Below are positions 22,301-29,211 of a stretch of 64,000 nt of DNA, in pieces. The stretch covers positions 29,579-93,578 of the IMG/VR virus record IMGVR_UViG_3300031576_000016. One strand, 5' to 3'. The notes under the pieces were generated by a model, which saw nothing but the letters and a program-made list of their open reading frames with translations, searched no databases and had not been told where the DNA came from. The translations under genes and the position numbers were made by a program. This stretch comes from a virus. Positions within the stretch are counted from its first letter, which is position 1; every line of letters starts with the position of its first letter.

Positions 22301-25300
22301 ACCCTAACGCTGGCGGCAATCCTTTCCGTTTTGCAACCGGCGGCACGGTTCCAAATGAACCAAGTCGCGTCTATCGGTCCTATGGCACTGACTCTGTGCC
22401 AGCCATGCTCACCCCTGGCGAGTTCGTGGTTCGGGCCGAAGCTGCGAGTGCCAACCGTGGACTTCTCGAAGCCATCAACCGCTCGAAGGGCGGTAGCGTC
22501 CAATACCACCAACGTGGTGGAGTCGCTTATCTGGCTGATGGTGGTTACGCAGATGATGAGCCGTGGGAAGTCAACGCTTACAACTCGCTGTACCGTCGCC
22601 GAAGCATGATTGGAGCCGGCGTTCTGGCTACCGGTGCTGCTTATCGTTATCGTAGTCAACTTGGCTCTGCTTGGCGAAACACCCTTGGTCGCGTTCCGGG
22701 TTTGAGATGGACAGCCGGGGGAACTCCAGCAGCGGCAGCGGCTCCTACTACTACCGCTTCGCCGCCAACTCCGGTAGTGGAGCCTATGCCAGCATCCGTT
22801 CCGGCCACGCAGCCTCGTCAGGGGCTCCTTGGTCGCGTTCGCGGGTGGTTCGGCGGGACAGCCCCAGCACCTGTTCCTTCTCCTGCTAATACCGGAGCCG
22901 GCTATTTCACGGCACCGGCCGACAATGTCGCGGCTGAGCTTGTTCCATCGCCTGCCCCTGCCGCTCCAGTAGACCCGGCTACCGCTCATACTGAACGTCT
23001 TAGTCGTCTGACTCCAGAAGCTCGTGCTCGCTACCAACGCATTATGGCGACCGAGCCAATCTCGCGTGCTGACGCTTTGGCAAGAGCAGAAGCGTACAAC
23101 CAACGCATTTTGGGTGCTCAGACACGAGGCGCAGAACGTGCTGCTGCTTACGGCCAACAGCAATCGAACTACGGCGCTGCACAACCACGCAATGCTCCGA
23201 CGCAACCTGTGGCCAATGAGCCGCCAGGCTCAAATACGTGGTCGCGTCCAAATCGCGTTATTCCTCGTCCTTCCCCGACCGCCGCTACCACTTCGTCCCC
23301 AGCGGCAGCACCAGGCGCAACCCCAGCGCCTGTTGTTGAGGCTCCTGCTCCGGCTGCGGCTCCCCGCGCAACCGGAGCAGCCTCTACTCGCGTCACGCCA
23401 ACAACCGCAACCGAGCCAGACATCTATCGCTTGGCTCTCCAGGAGACGGCTGGCACACCACGTACTGGCCCAACCATTCGTCAGCTTCAAGCGACGAACG
23501 GAGCGGCTCAGGCTCCTCGTCCGCCTGTTCCGCAGGCAGCAGCGGCAACGCCAACACCAGTTGCACCCGTTCGCACACAGGTGACCGCTGGCCAAGGCAT
23601 GGTAATCACGCTTGGCGCGAGCTTGGCCTGGAACCACCTGGCTCAGCAAGCCGGCTTCAATCAGAATGTCACCGACGCCGGCAACCTTGGCATTCTTGGC
23701 GGCGGCGTGGCATTGTCTACTCCGACCGTTGCTGGTGCTGGTCTGTCAGCAACCGTGGCTGCACCTGCGGCCATCATCGCTGCACCAGTGGCTGGTGTCA
23801 TGGCCGGCAACATCATCGGTCGCAACGAAGACGCGACATCGCTGTTGACGACTGTCGTTCGTAATACGCCGACACCGCTGGCTGTCGCATACCGTGCGGC
23901 CGGCATCGACGAGGATGTGGCTCGCCGAGGCAGTCGCGAATATCAACGCATCTCTTCCAATGTTCACCAGGCACTGACAGTTCCTGGTGGTGATTGGGGA
24001 CAACGCACTGCTGACGCAACTGCAAGCTGGGGTGAAAATGTGCCGGTAGCCGGACACATTGCTTCAGGTGTTGCGACATTTGGTGCTAACACAGGACGTG
24101 TGGTCACCGATGTTGTCACTGGCGTTGGTGCTGAATTGGCAACGCCGGTTGTCAACACGCTGGATGCTGGTGGTTCCTACATTCGTGCCAGCCAACAAGC
24201 GGCCTACACTGATGCTCGCGCAGCGTTCCAGCCATACTTCAGCAAGTATCTGGATGCCATCGAAGCTCGCCAAGATGAGCAGTTGAATGCGGCTGGCGCT
24301 TTGATTCCTTCGCTGAAGAGCGAAGTTGACGCCGCCATCGCTCAGACAGAATACCGCTCAGCGGTGCCGGAAGCTTCTCGCTCGTCGTTCTCCGCGCGTC
24401 TTGGTCGCATCTCGATTGGTAAGCCAACAGAGACCAGCCCAAACATCCTGAGCTTCATCGAAGACACATATGGTCAGGGTCACCTATGGAAGACAAATAA
24501 TGGTGTTCACCTACAAGATGTGATGCGGCAGCATGGCAGTCGCGTCGGCATGGGCGATGATGAAGGCGTTCGTATCGACTTCCAGAACCGCGCGAGTGAG
24601 AATCCGCGAGTCGGACGCGAAGCGATTTTCGCCAAGCTCCGTCAGCGCATCACTCAGCCTCTGGATGGAGCCGAAGGCCCGCGTCCTCGATTCGCTGTCA
24701 TGGACCGTTTGCGTGACGCTTACACTCCGGGCGACAACAACATCCGCACAATGATTGACCGGCTCCGTGGCGAAAGTGCTACCGAGCAAACAGTCCAGAC
24801 GGACCGTCACACGACATTGCTGACACAGGCGACTCAGTTGGACAATGACGAGCAACGCGCGGCATTGTTTGAACAGCCGACTCGGTTGCAGCAGCTACGC
24901 GAAAGTCTCCGGGCTCGTCGCGAAGTAGTGGCGGCTTTGGCAAACATGCCCGCCGACTACCGCAACTTGATGACATGGTACACCACTGGTTCGCCGCCGT
25001 GGATGCAACGCATTCGTCAGTACCAGCAGGCAGCAGTTCTGGCTGGTCTCGACATCGAACGCGACCAAATGCTGACGCCTATCGGCTACGCAGCAGACCG
25101 GTTCTCGAACGAACAGCGCGAACTCATCACCAATGTTCGCCGTGGTCAGATTGCTGAAATTCGCCGTCGTCAGAATGTGGATGCTCGGCTCGCCAATGGC
25201 GACACGCTCACGGCCATCTTGAATGAGGTGCCGGCTGGGTGGAAGTCCATCTACGAACAGTCGATTCGCGAAACAGGCGGCAGCAATGCCGCAGAGACTG

Positions 25301-28300
25301 CTCACCTGACCGAGACAATGGGCGGCGTGGCCGGCGTCTATACTCGCGTTATTGGCGGCAACTTCGAGGGCAACAACTCGGCAGGCCAGCTTGCTTCGGC
25401 CGCGCGTTTGATTCCGGATGATTTCCTACGTGCTCAGCTTTTGCCTGGTGGTCTTGAAGCCGACAACGCATTGTTCTCCTACCGGTCGAGTGACCTTCAG
25501 GATGCGATTGGGGCCGTTCGTCAACGACAGCTTCGCTTGCTACAAGAGGCCGGCGAAATCAATGCGGTTGGCGATGTGCCTCGTCAGCTTCGCAACGAAG
25601 GTGTCATCCCAGGCTTCGCTCCGCTCTCGTCCATTGCTCGTCAGTATCTGACTCCGCAGGCCCTGCCGCTTGATGCGTTCTTGGCCCAGGCCGGCAATTC
25701 GGAAGTGTCGCGTCGGTTCCGTCTGCGTGACGCTAACAACATCAAGCGTGAGAATCGCTCGTTCATGGCGATGCGACTCGACACGGCAGAAATCGCTGCT
25801 GCTCTGAATCCGCAGGCCGCGCCAGCCCCAGCCCCGAATGCAAACGTTCAACTCGCACGCGGCGGCATGGTCTATCTCGCCCAGGGCGGTATGCCTTCGC
25901 CGCTGTTCCAGCCGAGGGGCACGGACACCATCCCGGCAATGTTGTCGAAGGGCGAATTCGTCGTCAACGCAGAAGCAACCAAGCAGCACCTGCCGCTTTT
26001 GGTGCAAATCAACGAGGGTCGTCGCCCATCCTACCGCGAAGACGGCGGGGCTGTTGGTGGAGCTATGTCGGCTGTCGCTGCGACTGCTTCTACGGCCCCA
26101 TCCTCCCCTTCTCTGCTCAGTTCCGGAAACGAAGGCGACACCTATAACTTGGCCTCGATGCCGAGCAATGAACGCTTCTTGCTGACACAGACATTGTCTA
26201 CTCTTGGCAAGCACCAGGTCGGCTCGATTCAAGACGCTGACGCTCGTCTGACGGGTCTCGAACAACGTTCGTCGAGCACCGCAGCCACTCAAGACAACCT
26301 GGCCGACGACCGCATCATTTTCGCGAAACTCGTGGCCGACAACATCGACGCCGGTCACCGCAATGCCGACGTGTTGGTCCGGTCGCAAACTAACCTTCAG
26401 AAACGGTTCTTCCTCCACTTGGGCGGCTCCCAGGACAAGTTCCTTGACAAGTTCGGCATGTCGCTCACTCTGGCTCCGAAGCTCGCGGCCAATGCCGCTC
26501 GCGCGGGTGACACGAACAATGTCTCGATGAAGCTCTTCCGCACCGGCGGCGTCGTTCAGTATTACGCAACCGGTGGTGAAACCAGCATGTTCCAGCCGCG
26601 CGGTTCGGACACAGTTCCGGCCATGTTGAGCCATGGCGAGTTCATCGTCAATGCGGCCTCGACTCGGCACAACCTGGGTCTGTTGCGAAAAATCAACAAC
26701 ACCAAGGGTCCGGTCTATTATGCACGCGGGGGCCTGGTGGGTCCGGCCTACTTCTCTGAGGGTGGTCAGGCAGAACAACCGCAACCGCCGCCGATGCCGG
26801 CCACGCCGTCCGAGCCGATTTACATCGACGAGGCAGGCCCGACTGTGGCTCAGCAGAATGCCGCAGCCGGCATTCAGGAATCTGGCGGCGAAGTTCCACA
26901 AGCCAGCAATGCTGCGGCTACGGCTCCAACTCCTGAGCTTCCGAGTCAGACGCCGTTTGGCGAAGACCCAGACCGCCCAGCAGCGGCCATGTTCCGGTTC
27001 GCGGCCGGAGGGTTCGTCCGTCCACGTTACTTGGCCCAGGGCGGACTTGTCAGCTACTTCGATGGCGGTGGACCTGTGCCGGCTCCGGCCCCAGCGGAAA
27101 GCCCTGAGCAACAACAGACCTTCCAACGATGGCGAGATTACCTGGCTGAGCCGGCGAATCAAACGCCGCCTCAAATCCAGATGTTGGAAGGGTGGTTCAA
27201 TCGCGGCTTCGGTGCCAATGGTTGGGACCGCGCGGCATTGCGTGCTCGCCTGGCCCGAGACGGCAATCGTCTATCTCCACGTTGGCGAGGTTTCTTCCAG
27301 GCATGGTCTGGATGGGTCGGTCGTCAAAACACCGAGCGCGATGCAGCCGCACAAGCTCGTCTGGAAACATTCCGTCGTACCTTGGTGCCGACTGTCGGCG
27401 GCGCGCCAGCCGCGCCTCTGCCGCCCGAACAGGCAGAAGCTCGTTACCAGGCCGAGTATCGTCGTCTCCGCGACATCTGGACTCGTGGCGGCAATCCACT
27501 TCAGGGCAATCTCGAAGGCGACGACGTTGAGGCGTCGGTCAATCAGGAAACAACTGCGGCCATCGCTGCCGGTCGTGCGAATTTCCAGTTCCTCAGTCCG
27601 GAACAGCGTGCTCGCTATCGCATCCTTCGTGAAATGCAAGGTGCCCAGGTTCGCCAGCGCACGGCTCGCGGACAGGCCCTGACGTTCACCGGCGGTCCAA
27701 CAGCTGACAACGCGCAAGGACGCGCTCTTGGCGAAGGCATTACAGGTCAGCAGGCATTCGCAGCGGCTCCTGGCGCTGTGGCCGAAGAGAACCTGTCTCC
27801 GACCGAGCAGGCTGTCCTTGAGGAAGAATATCGCTTCGCGGCTCAGGACCGTTTCAATCGTGAGACCCAAGGTCTGACGACTCTCGAACAGTTGACGCAA
27901 TACTGGCAGCCGCGCGAAGGACAGTCGAGCCCAGCATTCCGCCAGGCGTTCCGCGCGAACTCCAGTCGATACACGCCTCAGCAACGGGCAGAGATTCAGG
28001 CTCAATGGGACTTCTACGACGCCTACCTCGCACGCCGGCCGGCTCTCGAAGCGGCTCAACAGCAAGCGCGCGAACAGCAACGTCAGCAGGAAGCACAGCG
28101 TCAGCGTGAGGCTCAGGAACGCGAGACCGCCAACCAGCGCGTGCAAACGTTCCGCGACCAGCAGGCCGCGCTCGACCAGGAAATTCAGTTCCAGGCTGCC
28201 GTCAATCCGAATGGCGGCTCGGCGAACTTCCTACGTGAACGTCAAGCCGGCGAGCAGTTCAACCAGAACATGCAGCGTTTCAACGCTCGTTGGGGCGAAC

Positions 28301-29208
28301 TCGAAAATCGTGACCGCAACGGCCGCGAAGAACGCGAATGGAATCGGATGCAGGCCCAATGGCGTCAAGTCGAACGCCAGGGTGGTGAAGATGGGGCACG
28401 TCGCTTGTTCGTGGCCCAGAACGCGGCTCAGGCCCATCAGGGCGCGGCCATCCAGAACTTGCAGCGCCGGCAGTTCATTGCCAACGCTCAGCAGCCGTTC
28501 CAGGCATTCGGCTTCTCCCGGCCTGGCATCGAAGGTCAGCGTCAGGCGGATGTCGCCGTGCTCGCCCAGCGTCAAAACTGGAACCAGCAGGTGCTCCTCC
28601 AGGACTTCAACGCTCGCCGGTTGCTTGGACAGCAGCCCGGCTTCCCGGTGCCGGCACGTGCCTTCGCTGAGGGCGGCGTCGTTCCTGGCAGCGGCGTCCA
28701 CGACACTGTGCCTTCCCTGCTCACTCCAGGTGAGTACGTCCTGAATCGCCACGCTGTCCAGCGGATTGGTGTTGGCAACCTCCACAGCATGAACCATTTC
28801 GCAAATGGCGGCTTGGTGGGCGGCGTGAACTACCTGGCCGGCGGCGGACAGGCCACAGGGTCTGGTGTGGGCATCAATCCGGAAGTCGCTCAGGCGTTCA
28901 GTCGCTTCGGTGACACCGTGGTTCAGATGGGCGGCGGCTTCAACGTCTTCAACGCAAGTGTGCAGCAGTTGACCAGTGCGTTTAGTATCTTCGGGGAACG
29001 TTCGTCCAAACTCACCGACGCCCTGAACAACTTCCCGGGCACGCTCAATATCCAAGGACATCAAACGGTGGAACTCATTCTCAACGGAGCCGAAGTTCTC
29101 GCAAGTATGCAAGGGGACTTGCAGGCTCTGGTCCAGGACGCAGTCAAGACGGTCGTTCGCGAACGCCTTGGCGGTATCCTCTCTGATGCCGGCGTGCAAC
29201 TGGAGTAA
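10333..29208 (+). CDS. Giant tail tape measure protein (6291 aa) with embedded cargo domains
   Basis: TP901-type TMP core at about 10650-11550 (DFNRTMVKIAQV...LANAALVFKQAG...AVESRDLIEAVRKSG...IATGMRTIFTRI), glycine zippers, repeated GG..TD[ST]VPAML.PGEF modules, and position between chaperone and tail-tip genes. Confidence 0.9.
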   Translation: MADFNIVARLQIQLQAGSAAAAVQQLQQQLRNANLSLAFGLQPQALGGLNNLNQGLRATQAAASATSSSLRSTTQVINDGSTAIERFGAQAGLAARRFIAFTVGASTIVKVAQAFREGIAAGIDFNRTMVKIAQVGGDTKGQLAELASEVTRLSTTWGISSKELANAALVFKQAGLSAQEVKGHLETLALTDLAPNFESMAQTAEGQIAIWRQFGTNVDQTREALGAANAVAGGFAVESRDLIEAVRKSGGAFKAAGGSFNEFISLFTAVRSTTRESAAEIATGMRTIFTRIQRPQTVESLRELGVNLRYTADEAKNLGRADLENQFVGPYEAVSRLNEALRDIPTTDPRFLQVIEQLGGYRQVSRVLPMILQFSEAQKALNVAQTGSLSLTAAAEKSQESLGRRLSQVNEEFLGFMRSIVESKGFQSFVRFSLDLASALIKVLDVARPLIPVITTLAAVRIAQNFGQTAGGFLSHFIGTAPGSFTPKKVEPGVRFAKGGYVPGSGATDSVAAHVMPGEHVTKKDSTQSVDRRYPGFLTAMNQGGDIGVENYFRHRFADGGEARQGFGFGDTVKSLLANSVLGLGLLTGVDSGDAYEVAKQRSGEQVEHVQKSLQEDEKKKRQIKQAFGGETPRQRFGFGDSVKKWLSTGILAAGSLVGGHGLDDQVSVGQQEKRDRIENVKESLEEELRRKNKKKPQKLGKGGTPDLVAADGSMVLPLIEKHFDDVKQDDRGRYVTKQNNRDVFFEYMPKINALKIDFLQDGIGDFKHTNKSLQKGTLSFLRNLQGVAKSAGQKVFGIVAAGSEQKRSKIYKEGLEKLGFVADDTWSEYYKKAAFGGEMRLAKGGDDIFSKLPKYPKEDESELPPQYGNPINEFIQKKTGLSKKEITAAALAGSVAANGLLAATSMWIPGSQPVATGITALGIAGVKKLLKKRRGFAGGLDVMPDGQHESLRNLYDQVKEYAETRFSAHAGSPESDQKKSKATIAHIRRLAAATLSRKEVLQRIPAGSSIAGIGAFGVAIKTPDGDVIRAQADKAPDLANKYAAEIGRKPFKPWQYATARPPIDEVLQPTATMTVKKGERSTFMERLPYVTPLTELPHHQQEEAHEKAQAELLPSMAKKGWMLTDKHKGNLAVDKAGRFIALDPATAKKMNEDQQSRLLRILASDKAVATGLPGAQVDESTIHDPRLSVSPPSPTVQTRGRKKFDIGGEAALPEAMKLLQQRFQTFDVSRIAENVTFHDKIPSKTFPERGAIGKFYPETDEIALSRQLKSPRLLAKTLLHEFVHRIDYDEGTQKRHGSRDKKSVPGKLAAQLQPAWSEMAMQRYFKGKTKEQLTPKEQESLAYLTAPHEVLAYMVSDVATRDKDQVPEEHEKAVQTLLRRHLPARQPQKYERGGWVVPGEGNTDSFPADLAQGSYVIRKSSVQKLGASNILKMATGGTVPALLMPGEVVIPPGKARQIGRHALTEMNLHGRMPFAQGGFVRMATGDQVPKQETVKVGALPERFQDDVERMFRGLGAKVQKPLHELEVVIERFGKNIVRVVKIVDVAVTSTALPKSAASAATTPATKPQTVPALQIVRDLKAHLIAQAEAGGKSGKLSSEQVEKRKARYDKMLSEENPERSLEKYAKFQTKAPSFSGYLDKRDRKQAAEDLKSTIYTSYLETGTTSKYKSAKTPEERGRVLATAVPKYIRQNLADFEGGTETGRSYETAKKTRGLESQYQKALRTQSPEEALKSVVYQATAKRIQYEESSRQNKGKAPRTQKELQAAIEERYQTRMGKYDAHDFEGPAADVARAKLFGHKDHIKRGAEEASARTGKSVDETRVDSLEALHSSLGDSSQAAAIYRQQQTTGLQSQLKRGKISQATFEKRVAKLDSLSDDKASKLLLYTRDGTLREKVGKQLAAAGITAGKTPQETRENIGKRLQEMKGELEAAKPTTVPEVAGRGLTPEEKRKRLVDQEVRGATLESDLTPSKADLKELRKDPAFVKQEKQDAAPSAPEKAWTQPAAAAQTVALPTKVDAVKKSVPRPTDRQQLERRLNELEGVDVPSAHEMKEIADIHRQLKNQKTPVPPQQQTGRGRVRDTLAPSDLRDIQEQTKDLVVPEAAISSASDKLKAGPTAQVARQEREARDKKPSPIILPGDQPAGPPRPLFIPGQTQAQPDAKVFTSEADFRRSQQPSAKIVTGDETPVPSLVQPTREEVKKYGRSAAGPTAVAAAAKQPRDIRRIMDKLATSGLVEDLEVPGKGADPRAKKGLLRYLKQYGEEIEKAGKGTLSRRLQKLARKAPDWQPSLRGILPAPEEDTTTFSFAEEAAAATKSKPRPSKKTKELDLAVGYKEPKVEFTFPEEKAPLPLESDVNQKSRLRREQEEEAKKRHKNAVDLASQPSHKLQGDAATVPVSLTKEEIISKTVSDFAPTGEPKEPDVPASLFDKDKKKKQTSRQEHLKKERQRFIKEEGVTEEAIAFRERMLDSTKSLDEARKLIASPEFDGHEKINPYFDVYAQERHGQKKKRKPKTCGLAPEQSFFDKPTPQPRPTSSLPPPPSGKVPETYSFAGDPPESKRYHVEGDPLHPAQQQGGEHRSRDFYRTLYNSTTAGDTLGYTKKTRRELAKAKDALDQARLDAAADPTDDNRLRFKEAGRAYDKLEKQKVVVGRREADPYYARRLLDQAKSELLPHEYKAFEAETRRVHPNLASQGGDPTILRQYKEGKSDDEIRDNHYGQTGRRVGLFGGAAIGGAVGSLFGPLGTVLGGTIGAAVGQKIAKALPGSAAFEESLAEKGTGNVSVGHIAEYKTDKETGQKRLIGGDLREKGQAELTKYLAGRGPVSDATKHAFETEAIGRAEARVKRELISAQERWLKAVHPNISATEKHKLALEQVDAALAGQAKVVKSSTGRYLGVETEHTKASDLDKATGAGGVGFQFRSAKGAIGDWMADKYRSLKAGYEKFESSKAGQVLSGAGSFLSSQPVTFLAPLLGGQIEQSAGTAENAVKAGASGEGTYTTRRGIGGAATGAILGATVGSIAGPIGAAVGGAAGALVGFTSAIKDAANEIREVKIGNALTIISDRLTTIANVPVRTLPGGQATADDPLVRSSMADVLRELTTSRNETLDKNISESSGFWRSAGAVFGISNPVDVQGLAARQESADRQQVSQILPQSTQIINRQAEVLLRNNPNIGARDVARRLSTEGLTGQLIPRIAQARRVPLEQYLDELALQVAQVNTRLRAELAQHQAREGQEKVIHTFGRLVLAVQSASDSLVTLRAQAQSMSDVFYGNVTATPVTAHSEALTQLGRQDRGAIRPLETISHVVGDERGNRLLEHGRATDDVARVLPAILARVGSTNPLEPSDFSRQVREQLVSAFGGTPTGGQNAAINTVLSEIQRVGATGGTAQILREMQIDATEFTQKLINPLADPLKKFGQQVAQDLEKAGKEFTENVNEFVRRTRVAGESMDRLAALRVTTARVRAEVTAQQSGRPNDVLSQLSLQTLQSGLQSRQERLTGVVGPAASNPDFIGRQLQTVRARINEATHRQQETFELTGGRGPAYEAAALQLARLKDQAANLQNALKHLADVSERNAAAQEKLGALKQEADARIGLGERYLRADGEEMMRLNRGSLLVNQAYSRPQGQRGLDNLSVEDRRLALDWVGAARGTRLQGFQGSPLADDVHRTLIQESAGGAFNLTAGQQNEMQELQRVLLANAATAEQAQNQLITFQRESAGEFFQNLTQQHEQFFSRLEQTLARDRLFEQQNRLNEVATQQASLQGLNTNRETLQRAGVTNDDQVRNLRSNRGLVSEYMGRVSEVQALRQRSSNPSGAADIFERTYGDRLGSQFSDAGGWGINIGQMGLSSGSIGRLTENVRNTTGFTPEQTQRVISRFLQRSENITGQTGSANTRSAVTANIEEAIRREQALQSQEAQQRLAPLENNLRGRQINVGGLSQAAASGNSNALLQAIDSFDGVSNSFTTLDTRIQNTAASFINLSNSVRTLQTRVDNNNPNAGGNPFRFATGGTVPNEPSRVYRSYGTDSVPAMLTPGEFVVRAEAASANRGLLEAINRSKGGSVQYHQRGGVAYLADGGYADDEPWEVNAYNSLYRRRSMIGAGVLATGAAYRYRSQLGSAWRNTLGRVPGLRWTAGGTPAAAAAPTTTASPPTPVVEPMPASVPATQPRQGLLGRVRGWFGGTAPAPVPSPANTGAGYFTAPADNVAAELVPSPAPAAPVDPATAHTERLSRLTPEARARYQRIMATEPISRADALARAEAYNQRILGAQTRGAERAAAYGQQQSNYGAAQPRNAPTQPVANEPPGSNTWSRPNRVIPRPSPTAATTSSPAAAPGATPAPVVEAPAPAAAPRATGAASTRVTPTTATEPDIYRLALQETAGTPRTGPTIRQLQATNGAAQAPRPPVPQAAAATPTPVAPVRTQVTAGQGMVITLGASLAWNHLAQQAGFNQNVTDAGNLGILGGGVALSTPTVAGAGLSATVAAPAAIIAAPVAGVMAGNIIGRNEDATSLLTTVVRNTPTPLAVAYRAAGIDEDVARRGSREYQRISSNVHQALTVPGGDWGQRTADATASWGENVPVAGHIASGVATFGANTGRVVTDVVTGVGAELATPVVNTLDAGGSYIRASQQAAYTDARAAFQPYFSKYLDAIEARQDEQLNAAGALIPSLKSEVDAAIAQTEYRSAVPEASRSSFSARLGRISIGKPTETSPNILSFIEDTYGQGHLWKTNNGVHLQDVMRQHGSRVGMGDDEGVRIDFQNRASENPRVGREAIFAKLRQRITQPLDGAEGPRPRFAVMDRLRDAYTPGDNNIRTMIDRLRGESATEQTVQTDRHTTLLTQATQLDNDEQRAALFEQPTRLQQLRESLRARREVVAALANMPADYRNLMTWYTTGSPPWMQRIRQYQQAAVLAGLDIERDQMLTPIGYAADRFSNEQRELITNVRRGQIAEIRRRQNVDARLANGDTLTAILNEVPAGWKSIYEQSIRETGGSNAAETAHLTETMGGVAGVYTRVIGGNFEGNNSAGQLASAARLIPDDFLRAQLLPGGLEADNALFSYRSSDLQDAIGAVRQRQLRLLQEAGEINAVGDVPRQLRNEGVIPGFAPLSSIARQYLTPQALPLDAFLAQAGNSEVSRRFRLRDANNIKRENRSFMAMRLDTAEIAAALNPQAAPAPAPNANVQLARGGMVYLAQGGMPSPLFQPRGTDTIPAMLSKGEFVVNAEATKQHLPLLVQINEGRRPSYREDGGAVGGAMSAVAATASTAPSSPSLLSSGNEGDTYNLASMPSNERFLLTQTLSTLGKHQVGSIQDADARLTGLEQRSSSTAATQDNLADDRIIFAKLVADNIDAGHRNADVLVRSQTNLQKRFFLHLGGSQDKFLDKFGMSLTLAPKLAANAARAGDTNNVSMKLFRTGGVVQYYATGGETSMFQPRGSDTVPAMLSHGEFIVNAASTRHNLGLLRKINNTKGPVYYARGGLVGPAYFSEGGQAEQPQPPPMPATPSEPIYIDEAGPTVAQQNAAAGIQESGGEVPQASNAAATAPTPELPSQTPFGEDPDRPAAAMFRFAAGGFVRPRYLAQGGLVSYFDGGGPVPAPAPAESPEQQQTFQRWRDYLAEPANQTPPQIQMLEGWFNRGFGANGWDRAALRARLARDGNRLSPRWRGFFQAWSGWVGRQNTERDAAAQARLETFRRTLVPTVGGAPAAPLPPEQAEARYQAEYRRLRDIWTRGGNPLQGNLEGDDVEASVNQETTAAIAAGRANFQFLSPEQRARYRILREMQGAQVRQRTARGQALTFTGGPTADNAQGRALGEGITGQQAFAAAPGAVAEENLSPTEQAVLEEEYRFAAQDRFNRETQGLTTLEQLTQYWQPREGQSSPAFRQAFRANSSRYTPQQRAEIQAQWDFYDAYLARRPALEAAQQQAREQQRQQEAQRQREAQERETANQRVQTFRDQQAALDQEIQFQAAVNPNGGSANFLRERQAGEQFNQNMQRFNARWGELENRDRNGREEREWNRMQAQWRQVERQGGEDGARRLFVAQNAAQAHQGAAIQNLQRRQFIANAQQPFQAFGFSRPGIEGQRQADVAVLAQRQNWNQQVLLQDFNARRLLGQQPGFPVPARAFAEGGVVPGSGVHDTVPSLLTPGEYVLNRHAVQRIGVGNLHSMNHFANGGLVGGVNYLAGGGQATGSGVGINPEVAQAFSRFGDTVVQMGGGFNVFNASVQQLTSAFSIFGERSSKLTDALNNFPGTLNIQGHQTVELILNGAEVLASMQGDLQALVQDAVKTVVRERLGGILSDAGVQLE
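13153..13944 (+). other. Protein-kinase-like domain inside the TMP
   Basis: GIGAFGVA Gly-rich loop, MERLP hinge, TDKHKGN catalytic loop (DxHxGN), IALDP metal-binding Asp. Confidence 0.7.
13960..14502 (+). other. Zincin-like metallopeptidase domain inside the TMP
   Basis: GKFYP..DEIAL...TLLHEFVHRID (HExxH) with downstream YL..PHEVLA as third-ligand helix. Confidence 0.75.
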
Positions 29209-29211
29209 CCG

